DNA from: Candidatus Poribacteria bacterium
GTDB lineage: Bacteria > Poribacteria > WGA-4E > PCPOR2b
Direction: 5' to 3'
NCBI GenBank assembly: GCA_965208675.1
Contig: OZ242351.1
Span: 2,944,001-3,008,000 of the forward strand
DNA length: 64,000 bases
Made by a program: the position numbers and the translations under genes. Each line of letters starts with the position of its first letter. Position 1 is the stretch's first letter. The notes under the pieces were generated by a model. It was not told where the DNA came from and did no database searches. It saw nothing but the letters and a program-made list of their open reading frames with translations. Below, piece after piece: positions 50,040 through 58,916 of this stretch.

Positions 50040-50753
50040 ATGTTAAAAAATAAAGTTGCGGTAATTACCGGCGCCTCGCGCGGTGTCGGCGAAGCCATAG
50101 CTCTCGCTTTTGCGCGTGCTGGCGCAAAGGTCGTTCTTGCCGCACGCACAAAACAAGATTTGGATGCTGTCGCAAACCGAATCCATACAGAAGGTGGAAT
50201 TGCGCACGTTATACCAACTGATGTAATGCATTCCGATGACGTGGCGAACCTGATTCAGCGTACGTTGGAGACCCATCATCAGATTGACATTCTCGTAAAC
50301 AATGCAGGAATCGGCAGCTTTGGCTTCGTGGCTGATTTTGAAGAGGCGGAATGGAGCACGGTGATGGATTCAAATCTCAAGAGCGTGTTTCTCTGCTCAA
50401 AATTTGCGCTCCCAACCATGCTTGAGCGCCAGTCTGGGCAGATTATCAACGTGCTTTCGATTGCCGCGAAAGTGCCGTTCAAAGCATCAAGCGCCTATTG
50501 TGCGGCAAAGGCAGGGGCGCTTGCGTTCACAAAAGTCTTATCGGAAGAAGTTAGGGATAAGAATATCCGAGTCACTGCGGTCGCCCCGGGGGCAATCCAT
50601 ACGGCATTCTGGGACACAATCGAAGAACACCCTGATTTTAATCTGATGTTAAATCCGGAGCATGTCGCCGAGACAATCCTCTTTGTGGCTGCTCAACCGC
50701 TTGACATGGTACTCGATGAAATCGTCGTCACGCCGCCGCGCGGAATCTTATGA
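50040..50753 (+). CDS. SDR family oxidoreductase
   Basis: TGASRGVG, NNAG and YCAAK motifs. Confidence 0.9.
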   Translation: MLKNKVAVITGASRGVGEAIALAFARAGAKVVLAARTKQDLDAVANRIHTEGGIAHVIPTDVMHSDDVANLIQRTLETHHQIDILVNNAGIGSFGFVADFEEAEWSTVMDSNLKSVFLCSKFALPTMLERQSGQIINVLSIAAKVPFKASSAYCAAKAGALAFTKVLSEEVRDKNIRVTAVAPGAIHTAFWDTIEEHPDFNLMLNPEHVAETILFVAAQPLDMVLDEIVVTPPRGIL

Positions 50754-50830
50754 CGAGACGAACTCAAGAAAAGGAGTTGGGAAAATGCGTAAAGTTGGGC
50801 GGCCAGATGCGTTAGCAAACCTTACACGTT

Positions 50831-52210
50831 TCACACCTCACGTGTTTTAAAACTGCCAACCTTATTTCGGATGCGCACTCGCCGGATACTGCGTGCATCA
50901 GCATCAGAAATCACAATTATCAAGTTATCAGTTACAATCTCGTCACCCGGTCTGGAAATTGTACCGGTCTGCTCTAGGATATAGCCCGCAACTGTTTCAT
51001 AATCCCCAAATGGAATCGGAACACCGAACTGATCCTGTAAGACACTCACTTCCGCCCTTCCGTCACATTCAAGGATGCGTGGACTGACCAGACGGATATA
51101 CGAGCCCTCATCTTCCTCATGCGAGAATTCCCCGACAATTTCCTCAACCAAATCCTCGACTGTTATCAATCCGACAACGCCGCCGTACTCATTTACCACA
51201 AACACCATCGTGTGCCGGCTGTGTTGAATCTCTTTTAGCAGTACACTGGTTTTTTTCGATTCGGGCACTACATGTAAATCTGTGCGGACAAAACGCTCTA
51301 TAGTTGGTGTATCATGGTTAGCATAGATGACGTCAAGCAGGTGAATTATTCCGACAATGTTATATATTTGCCCTTCGTAAACCGGGAGGCGGGAAAAACC
51401 GGATTCCGATGCAGTCCGCAGGAAAGTCTCAACATCAGTGTTTTTTTCGACCGCAACAATATCAACGAGCGGAACCATTACCTGATCCACCGTCTGGGTC
51501 TGCAAGTCGAGAACGCTGTGAATCATCCGGCGCTGATCTCTGAGAAGCTCCCCGGATTGTTCCCCCATCGTCGCCAATAGACGTAATTCATCACGCCGCG
51601 CATCTGGCGAACTAGATTCAGTGTTTTTGCCAATAATCTTCACGAGATAATCTGTGAAGTATGTTACAATATTTACGATAAAGCCAAGTATGAACTTAGA
51701 GATTCTCAACGGATAGGCATAGCGCAAAGTAAGCGCATCCGCCTTAGCACGGAAGATTGTCTTGGGTAGAAGTTCACCAAAGATTAGCAAGAGCACTGTT
51801 ATGACGACTGTTGCAACCCGTTCTTGCGTTTTTTCAGTCGCAGCCAGCAGCAAAATCACAAGCAATAACATAAGTTGCGCCGCAACAACATTCGCCAGAT
51901 TGGTTCCAACTAACGTCAACCCAAGCATCTTTTCAGGGTTTTTGAGGAGATTACTGACAATTTTCGCACGTTTATTTTCTTCTTCCGCGAGCCGGTTAAT
52001 CTTTATCTTGTCAACGGAGACTAAAGCCGTTTCAGATCCAGAGTAGAAGGCGGACAATATTATGAAAACTACTAGACCGAACGTAAGTATGACAATCGGA
52101 AATAGATCTACCGATGTGAGCGGCTTGAAGAAACCCTGTGGAGGCGTCGCAGCCGTTAGTAAACAGCAAATTATCAAGAGTATGATGAATTTAAGATACG
52201 GTACTTTCAT
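50831..52210 (-). CDS. CNNM/CorB (hemolysin TlyC-like) DUF21-CBS-CorC protein
   Basis: SAFYSGSETAL, IFGELLPK, FSRLPVY, EYGG..GLITVEDLVEEIVG and YETVAG motifs. Confidence 0.9.
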   Translation of the reverse strand: MKVPYLKFIILLIICCLLTAATPPQGFFKPLTSVDLFPIVILTFGLVVFIILSAFYSGSETALVSVDKIKINRLAEEENKRAKIVSNLLKNPEKMLGLTLVGTNLANVVAAQLMLLLVILLLAATEKTQERVATVVITVLLLIFGELLPKTIFRAKADALTLRYAYPLRISKFILGFIVNIVTYFTDYLVKIIGKNTESSSPDARRDELRLLATMGEQSGELLRDQRRMIHSVLDLQTQTVDQVMVPLVDIVAVEKNTDVETFLRTASESGFSRLPVYEGQIYNIVGIIHLLDVIYANHDTPTIERFVRTDLHVVPESKKTSVLLKEIQHSRHTMVFVVNEYGGVVGLITVEDLVEEIVGEFSHEEDEGSYIRLVSPRILECDGRAEVSVLQDQFGVPIPFGDYETVAGYILEQTGTISRPGDEIVTDNLIIVISDADARSIRRVRIRNKVGSFKTREV

Positions 52211-53589
52211 TTTGATTGCCCCGACGCGGCGCCATCTGTGCTTTCAGGCAGATTCATTATCACGGCGCCAATGAGATTTCCTTCCATTGCGGCAACCTCA
52301 AATCGGTTCCCGTGCTCGTCAACCTGAGATTCGCCGACAAACGGGATTCGCCCAAAAAGTCCCAAGACATAACCGCCAATCGTATCTGCAATTCCCTCGT
52401 CGATTTTCAAGTTGAACTGTTGATTAATCTGTCTAACACTGACACGTCCGAAGACCTCTATCATATCGGAATTATCGGGGTGCATGATGATTTCAGGATG
52501 AGCCAACGATGTATCATGTTCGTCAATGATATCGCCGACGACCTCTTCGATTATATCTTCAATAGTGGTGAGACCGGAAATACCGCCATGTTCATCTATT
52601 AGAATAGCCATTTTGTTTTTTTCACGGGTGAATTCAGATAGCAGATCTGCAATTTTTTTAGTTTCCAGTACAAAGAATGCGGGATGTACTAGATTCGGTT
52701 CAGACTGTGTGCGTCTGAACGTGTGTCGATTGATCAGAAAATTTTCAATTGTTACGTTTCCAATATCTGCGGTCCGCCATGAAGGAAGATCTTTGACATG
52801 GAAAACGCCGCAAATATTGTCTATCTGGTTTCGGTAGAGGGGTATACGCGAGAATCCAACTTCCCTTGCTTTATCTAATACTTCCTGGATAGTAGCCGAG
52901 GAATCCATCGCGACCATTTCGGTGCGTGGAACCATGATTTCTTTCGCTTCAATCTCCCGGAGTTCAAGGATGTTGCTTAGAATCTCACGCTCATCGGCTT
53001 GCAGCGTGTCCTCCTCATGAGTATTGACAATCACCTTGAAATCCTCAGCCGTGATACGTTCTTCTCTGGGGATATGGCTTCCGCCAAACAGCGGAATCAA
53101 AAGATTCGTGATGCCTCTTAGCACGATGCGAAAAGGGTAAATTAGCACGGAAAAGATCCAAAGTGGACGTGCCGTGATTCTAGAAAACCCCTCCGCGTAT
53201 TTAATCGCACACGTTTTCGGCGTAATCTCTCCAAAAATCAGAAGCAGCAATGTAATGAGGATGGTTGCAGTAACAATGGCAGGACCCGAAGCGCTTTGGG
53301 CGGGCACAGTAACATCTTGACTGAACACCTTGGAAATCAGGGAGAAAGAGATTACCGCAAAAGCGGCGTTAATAAAGGTATTGCCAAGCAGGATGGTGAT
53401 AAACAATCGGCGGGGATTATCTACAAAATTGACAATCGCTGTGGCGCTTTTTCTCTTGTCCTTGCGGAGACGTTCAATCTGCAACTTGGTCAGAGCGCAC
53501 AGTGCAGTCTCTGAACCGGAGAAAAAACCAGATAAAAATAGGAGCAGCCCCAATCCAATCAATCGGGGCAAAAACTGGTCAACTTCCAT
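52207..53589 (-). CDS. CNNM/CorB (hemolysin TlyC-like) DUF21-CBS-CorC protein
   Basis: SGFFSGSETAL, IFGEITPK, MVPRTEM, FSRIPLY and DTIGG motifs. Confidence 0.9.
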   Translation of the reverse strand: MEVDQFLPRLIGLGLLLFLSGFFSGSETALCALTKLQIERLRKDKRKSATAIVNFVDNPRRLFITILLGNTFINAAFAVISFSLISKVFSQDVTVPAQSASGPAIVTATILITLLLLIFGEITPKTCAIKYAEGFSRITARPLWIFSVLIYPFRIVLRGITNLLIPLFGGSHIPREERITAEDFKVIVNTHEEDTLQADEREILSNILELREIEAKEIMVPRTEMVAMDSSATIQEVLDKAREVGFSRIPLYRNQIDNICGVFHVKDLPSWRTADIGNVTIENFLINRHTFRRTQSEPNLVHPAFFVLETKKIADLLSEFTREKNKMAILIDEHGGISGLTTIEDIIEEVVGDIIDEHDTSLAHPEIIMHPDNSDMIEVFGRVSVRQINQQFNLKIDEGIADTIGGYVLGLFGRIPFVGESQVDEHGNRFEVAAMEGNLIGAVIMNLPESTDGAASGQSK

Positions 53590-53777
53590 TGTGTTTGGTA
53601 ATTGCCTCGGCGAGGCTGATATTCAATCGGAGCCTCAATCGGTCGTTGGTACGGAACAGCAGTCAACAGATTAAAATCGCTTCTATTCCCCAAGAACCTG
53701 AACTGCCAACATTGTAGCATAAAAATCGCATAAAATCAAGAAATCTCATTAACTCAATTTGACGAATGGAACATTAG

Positions 53778-54446
53778 ATGAAAAAACGAGAACATATGCA
53801 ACGCATAGAAGCGTGTGGGGTAATAGCCATAATCCGCACAAATAACGCAGCTGAGCTAATCAAGGTTACAGACGCAATTAAAACCGGTGGAGTGGATATC
53901 ATTGAGATTACCATGACTACACCGAACGCCATAAGCATAATCAGCGGCGTGGCGGCGAATTACGGCGGCGAAATACTGGTGGGAGTTGGTTCGGTGCTTG
54001 ATGCGGAGACCGCCCGCGCGGCGATGCTTGCGGGCGCAGAATTTGTTGTCAGCCCCGTAACCAAACCGGATATCATCGAAATGTGTAACCGGTACGGTAC
54101 GGTTGTTATGTCCGGCGCATTCACACCAACTGAAATTCTAAAGGCATGGGAAACCGGTGCAGACTATGTCAAAGTTTTTCCCTCAAGCGGTGTCGGACCC
54201 GGCTACATCAAAGACATCAAAGCGCCAATGCCCCAAATTCCCCTTGTTCCAACAGGTGGCGTCAACCTCGATAATGCGGGAGAATTCATCAGGGCTGGCG
54301 CCGCAGCATTAGGAGTTGGAAGTGCGCTAGTGAATAATAAAATTGTCGCCGAAGGCCAATACAATCTCTTGACATCAAAAGCTCGGCGCTTAGTTGAAGC
54401 CGTGCAAATCGCGAAAACCGAATCAACCAATATGTCGGGTTCATGA
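53778..54446 (+). CDS. eda: KDPG/KHG aldolase
   Basis: IAIIR, IEITMTTP, GAEFVVSP, TPTEI, VKVFP and VPTGGV motifs. Confidence 0.92.
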   Translation: MKKREHMQRIEACGVIAIIRTNNAAELIKVTDAIKTGGVDIIEITMTTPNAISIISGVAANYGGEILVGVGSVLDAETARAAMLAGAEFVVSPVTKPDIIEMCNRYGTVVMSGAFTPTEILKAWETGADYVKVFPSSGVGPGYIKDIKAPMPQIPLVPTGGVNLDNAGEFIRAGAAALGVGSALVNNKIVAEGQYNLLTSKARRLVEAVQIAKTESTNMSGS

Positions 54447-54670
54447 TGAAAACTAATCGCTGTTACGTTCCGCACTTAGCGCCAACATTCTAACCTGCCT
54501 TAAGTGGTTATCTTTAAAGTCAAAATCACATCTCACCCCTTCACCGAACTCAAACTCCACGATGGCAATCGAAGCCTTGTGCATAAAGGCTTGACAGCTC
54601 ATTCGGATTTGTGCTACTCTCTCCGCTAGCATATCATCTCCGGAAACGCATAGTAGCAAGGATTGCGCAT

Positions 54671-56617
54671 ATGCAATTGGACGGATTGGTCTTAGGAAAA
54701 TATTGGATTGAAACACTGATCAACAGCGGCAGCTTTGCTTCTGTTTTTCGCGCTAAAGAACAACTAACCAACCGCATTGTCGCTATAAAAACATTGTCCA
54801 AGTCCTCATATCCGCCGGGCCGCATGCGTTATCTGCTTACCGAATTGAGCGCCATGGGATTGAATTGGGGCCATCCGAATATCGTTTCAATTCATACGGT
54901 TGAACCCGGTGACGACAATTATATTGCCTATATTATCATGGAGCATGTGGATGGACCAAGTTTGCGGGAACTGATGAATGAAAAGCCAATCACACCCAAT
55001 CGAGCAATTAGCATTGCATTAGACGTTTGCCGCGGATTGGCCGCAGCGCATGAATGTAACATCATTCACAGAGACATTAAACCGCAAAATATCCTCTTGA
55101 CCGCCAATCTCACAGCCAAAATTTCAGACTTTGGCGTCGCACGCATTCTTGAAACAGCAAACGAATACGCAGGAACCATCACAGGAACACGCAAATACAT
55201 GTCGCCTGAACAGTACGAGGGCAATTATGACCACAGGGCAGATCTCTATTCGACAGGGTTGACACTTTACGAAATGTTGACCGGCAGATCTCCTTTCAGA
55301 GGTGCAAATCATAATGAGATTCAAGCGAAAAAACGATCTGCAGCGTTTGACCTCGCTGGCGTGCCTAACGATTTTCACGACATCCTGCTAAAAGCATTGC
55401 ATCCCGATGTGAACGGACGTTATCGTTCAGCCGCGGAAATGCATGATGACTTGGATCAAATTCGCCGAAAATGGTATGCCGCCGCGGCAAGAAGTGCCAT
55501 CAGCAGCTACTCAAATGCAGACATTCTATCTGCCGCTTTATCCAAAAGCAGAGAGGAATTAAGACTCTCTACCGAAGCGGCTGAGAATATCGAATCGGAA
55601 ATTCTACGCGAAGGGCAAGTTGAATTTGAGGAGAAGAAACGAAACGAGTGTGAAAATGAGGTGGATAAACACTACGATTTAGCTATTGAAAATCTCCGTT
55701 CTGATTCGCCGCAGATCGCTTTGCAGGAGATGCAGCAAGCGCACCGCCTCTACCTGGCAAACGCCCGCGCCGCCAAGAAAGCAGATGGGATATTTCACGA
55801 GTTGTCGGAACATATTTCCAACATCCTTCCCACAAAAGCACGAGCGTTAATTCAATCCATCAATGAATTGCCTGCGAATGAGAAATTGGAATTGAAGGAA
55901 TGGTTCTACAGCCAATTCTCGCCCAGCGAATCGGATGACCCTTCCTCCCTCAATTCTCAAAGCACAGATAATAGGCCCCTACCTCATGAATCGGGTGACG
56001 CTCACCCAGGGAATGATCCATCGCCAGAATATATGTTGAAAGAGTGTCATGAGGAGATTCAAAACGCTCACGAACTCGAGGCAACTCAAATTTGTCAGTC
56101 GGCTGAAGAGTTTGCTCGACAGCGAAAACCAAGGCGAGCTCGGTCAGAATATAAAAAACTCGGGGAATTTTATCGGAAACAAGCCGATTCATTTATCACA
56201 TCGGGGGATTGGGAATCAGCTTCGGAATGTTATGCACGTTCTCGGCTCGCCTATATGGCAGCGCGGCGCATTACTAATGCGAGACAGAGCGCAGGAGAAG
56301 CCGGTTTTCACTTCGCCGAAGCCGCCGCGTTGCATGAAAGAAAACAAAATTGGGCTGAAGCCGGTAATTTGTATTTACAATCGGCGGAACAATTTGAATT
56401 CTCCGACCAATCAGAATCGGCTGATGAAAGCCGGCTGCGGGCAACAATCTGCTATTTCAACGTTGCTGAGGACGCACGCACAGCCGGAAAGCTGAAACAG
56501 GCTTACGACTTTTGCGAAAAGACCTTGGCAATAGCAAAAGACATGCGCAGGCCTACCAATGCAGCAAACGGCGCGCGAAAACTAATCAGGGAAATTGAGG
56601 ATTTTTTTCTGGGTTGA
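54671..56617 (+). CDS. Hanks-type Ser/Thr kinase with C-terminal TPR/alpha-SNAP-like repeats
   Basis: SGSFASV, VAIK, HRDIKPQN, DFG, YMSPE and DLYSTG motifs; C-terminal WESASECY and WAEAGNLY helical repeats. Confidence 0.9.
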   Translation: MQLDGLVLGKYWIETLINSGSFASVFRAKEQLTNRIVAIKTLSKSSYPPGRMRYLLTELSAMGLNWGHPNIVSIHTVEPGDDNYIAYIIMEHVDGPSLRELMNEKPITPNRAISIALDVCRGLAAAHECNIIHRDIKPQNILLTANLTAKISDFGVARILETANEYAGTITGTRKYMSPEQYEGNYDHRADLYSTGLTLYEMLTGRSPFRGANHNEIQAKKRSAAFDLAGVPNDFHDILLKALHPDVNGRYRSAAEMHDDLDQIRRKWYAAAARSAISSYSNADILSAALSKSREELRLSTEAAENIESEILREGQVEFEEKKRNECENEVDKHYDLAIENLRSDSPQIALQEMQQAHRLYLANARAAKKADGIFHELSEHISNILPTKARALIQSINELPANEKLELKEWFYSQFSPSESDDPSSLNSQSTDNRPLPHESGDAHPGNDPSPEYMLKECHEEIQNAHELEATQICQSAEEFARQRKPRRARSEYKKLGEFYRKQADSFITSGDWESASECYARSRLAYMAARRITNARQSAGEAGFHFAEAAALHERKQNWAEAGNLYLQSAEQFEFSDQSESADESRLRATICYFNVAEDARTAGKLKQAYDFCEKTLAIAKDMRRPTNAANGARKLIREIEDFFLG

Positions 56618-56755
56618 TCTCACTTAATGATTTGCGCACTGCACCTCATCGGGAAATAATCCATCCGCTATGCGCATCCCGGCAGTAAATTCATCCCAAC
56701 GCTTTTCGTTGAGGGAAATTCAGCGTAAACGTCAATCCATCCGTTACATCATGGC

Positions 56756-57589
56756 ATGAGAAATTCGGAAATGAGAGCAAATCAAATAAAATCGACTTTA
56801 CACAAAGGAGAAATTTTAATTGGAACCTTTGTAATGGAATTTTCGGTATCATCGATTGCAACGCTCTTGGCAAGCGCCGGCGCCGATTTTATCGTTGTAT
56901 GTATGGAACATACCACTTTCACAATAGAATCCGTCGGACGCATCATCAGAGCTGCTAGAGGGTCTGATTTGCCCAGCATTGTACGGCCGCCAGCGTTGGA
57001 ACGGCATTTTATCTCTAGAGCTCTTGATGCAGGCGCTTCAGGGCTGATGGTGCCGCGCATTGAATCGCGCAAAGATGTTGAAAAAATCACCGCATGGGCA
57101 AAATATGCGCCGGAAGGCGACCGAGGCGTCGCATTTGGCATCGCGCACACCGATTATGGGGATTTTCGCAAGTTAGACGGTGTCAAATACACGAAGCAGG
57201 CAAATGAAGAGATTTTTATTATCGGGCAGATTGAAACCGCGAAAGCCGTCGAAAATATCAATGAAATCCTCGATAGCGGCGGATTAGACGCTATCTTTAT
57301 AGGACCCTACGATCTATCAACTTCATTAGGCGTATCGGGGCAGCTCGATCACCCGCTAGTCGTCGCCAGCATTGAGAGTGTCATTGCCAAAGCAAAAGCC
57401 TACGACGTTATTCTTGGAAGCTACGTAAACGATTTTGAGAGTGGCAAACGGTGGGCAGATGAGGGCGTTCAATTGATTGCTTGTGGCAACGACGCTTTTT
57501 TGCTGACCTGCAAATTTGCCGAAGAGCATCAGAAATTTCAAGACTATTCGCGTAGGAATCGGGGCATCAACCCACCGGTCAACGGCTAA
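56756..57589 (+). CDS. HpcH/HpaI family aldolase
   Basis: MEH, LDAGA.G.MVP, YAPEGDRG, QIET and FIGPYDLS motifs. Confidence 0.9.
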   Translation: MRNSEMRANQIKSTLHKGEILIGTFVMEFSVSSIATLLASAGADFIVVCMEHTTFTIESVGRIIRAARGSDLPSIVRPPALERHFISRALDAGASGLMVPRIESRKDVEKITAWAKYAPEGDRGVAFGIAHTDYGDFRKLDGVKYTKQANEEIFIIGQIETAKAVENINEILDSGGLDAIFIGPYDLSTSLGVSGQLDHPLVVASIESVIAKAKAYDVILGSYVNDFESGKRWADEGVQLIACGNDAFLLTCKFAEEHQKFQDYSRRNRGINPPVNG

Positions 57590-57616
57590 ATCGGCGCACA
57601 CCGAAGGAGCACCAAC

Positions 57617-57856
57617 ATCACGGCATCTGAACTCTTAGCGACAGTCAAGGCGGGGGAGCACGTTCCTTGCGGTACATGCAGCAAAGGTATTCCGGCGGAT
57701 GACATTGCAAGAATAGCCTTTAAGCTAGGTAAGCTCGCGCCCCGGATGGAGCGCGCACGGGTTGGATCAATTCGCTGCGCACAGTGTCAGCACGATGACC
57801 CCAAATTCCAGGCTGAGCCTCGTGGACCAGATATCAAATTTGTCAGAGGGGATTAA
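57617..57856 (+). CDS. Unannotated small protein with two CxxC motifs (putative zinc ribbon), non-ATG start
   Basis: AAGGAG-N7-ATC; 79 open codons containing CGTC and CAQC; fills the intergenic gap. Confidence 0.6.
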   Translation: MTASELLATVKAGEHVPCGTCSKGIPADDIARIAFKLGKLAPRMERARVGSIRCAQCQHDDPKFQAEPRGPDIKFVRGD

Positions 57857-57868
57857 TGCAGCGCTGAA

Positions 57869-58762
57869 TTAGGGCGTTTCCGCCGCAACGAGTTCTTTCT
57901 CTTTCAGCTCAAAAGCAAAAAATCTGAGCAGATACATCCGCTCTTGATTTACGGTTACCGGAATCATCTGGTTGTATTGGTATTTGACAACGCCCACATT
58001 GGGAACGACCCAGTATTTTGCCGGCTCATATCTGGCAACTTCCAATTCCGGCGGATCAGCATTAGATAGTTTTACAGTCGTTTCCTCCGACAAACCTACA
58101 ATCTCCTCCTCAACTAGGTACGCATCGTAGTTGCCGTCGGGAACTGCCACCGGCACGCCTTCATCAAGAACACGGCGAATAACCTCGACGGTCGGTTCAG
58201 TCGTTTTCTCAACCACAGTCCACGAATTGCCTTTCTTCAACGGAAAATCCCAGAACCGATAGGGGGAAAAGTGTTTCAGGTGGAAAACCCTTGAAGGATT
58301 GGCAACATCAAATGCCGATTCAATCTGAGTTCGTGATGTTTTCAAAAAGTAGGTTGCAATCACAAAATTCGGTTCTACAATCCGAAAATCGGACTGAAAA
58401 AAGTAGACGGCGTTAGCAGAAAGATGATCGACCGCTTCTCGGCTGGCGCTGTCAGGGTCACCGGGAATTTCTATCTCGCTGATTGTCATCTGCCGATGGG
58501 TCAACCCTTCAACCTCTCGGGTATTCTCAATTCTCAACGTGAATTCCTGGCCGGTTTCCACATTCACATAGCTCCAAGCAGAACCGTTGTTTGTGGGAAA
58601 ATCTACCGCATGCAGCCCTTCGTCGAAAGGCGGCGCCTCCTCGACATCGCCGTGCGGGTCTATCAACCCGTCCTCGCCGCACCCCAGAACCAATAGCAGC
58701 AGGCAGCCAATGAGCGCTGCCCTGCGCACCGGAACCAGAGAAATAACCGTGAATCTTGCCAT
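57869..58762 (-). CDS. Hypothetical lipoprotein
   Basis: Lipobox VLGC; FP...GSAWSY, FPLKKGNSW, V.VPDG.Y and W.VPNVGVVK beta-rich motifs. Confidence 0.7.
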   Translation of the reverse strand: MARFTVISLVPVRRAALIGCLLLLVLGCGEDGLIDPHGDVEEAPPFDEGLHAVDFPTNNGSAWSYVNVETGQEFTLRIENTREVEGLTHRQMTISEIEIPGDPDSASREAVDHLSANAVYFFQSDFRIVEPNFVIATYFLKTSRTQIESAFDVANPSRVFHLKHFSPYRFWDFPLKKGNSWTVVEKTTEPTVEVIRRVLDEGVPVAVPDGNYDAYLVEEEIVGLSEETTVKLSNADPPELEVARYEPAKYWVVPNVGVVKYQYNQMIPVTVNQERMYLLRFFAFELKEKELVAAETP

Positions 58763-58814
58763 CTTCTAAAAGTATCCCTTGGTTTTAACGATACCAATCC
58801 CCAATTTACAACCA

Positions 58815-58892
58815 TGTAGGAGGGAATTCCGATTCCAGACTTCCTGTCCGGATACCGTGCCCAGAGCAGGCGGAAATTCCAATTCCCGCCTA
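58815..58892 (+). repeat. GTAG-type REP-like palindromes
   Basis: tgtaggagggaattccgattccagac is a near copy of the unit at 22379; variant hairpin at 58868-58892. Confidence 0.55.
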
Positions 58893-58916
58893 TCCGTTCA
58901 GGTTAAAATTCCGCGC

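Noticed and set aside
50831-53589. Tandem CNNM/TlyC genes as a toxin locus
   Set aside because: Paired DUF21-CBS genes are common and are Mg/Co transport-related rather than true hemolysins.
57597-57645. Glycine riboswitch-like string (caccgaaggagca...aactct)
   Set aside because: No upstream GGAGA or downstream CTCAGG elements; better explained as the RBS and start of the CxxC ORF.
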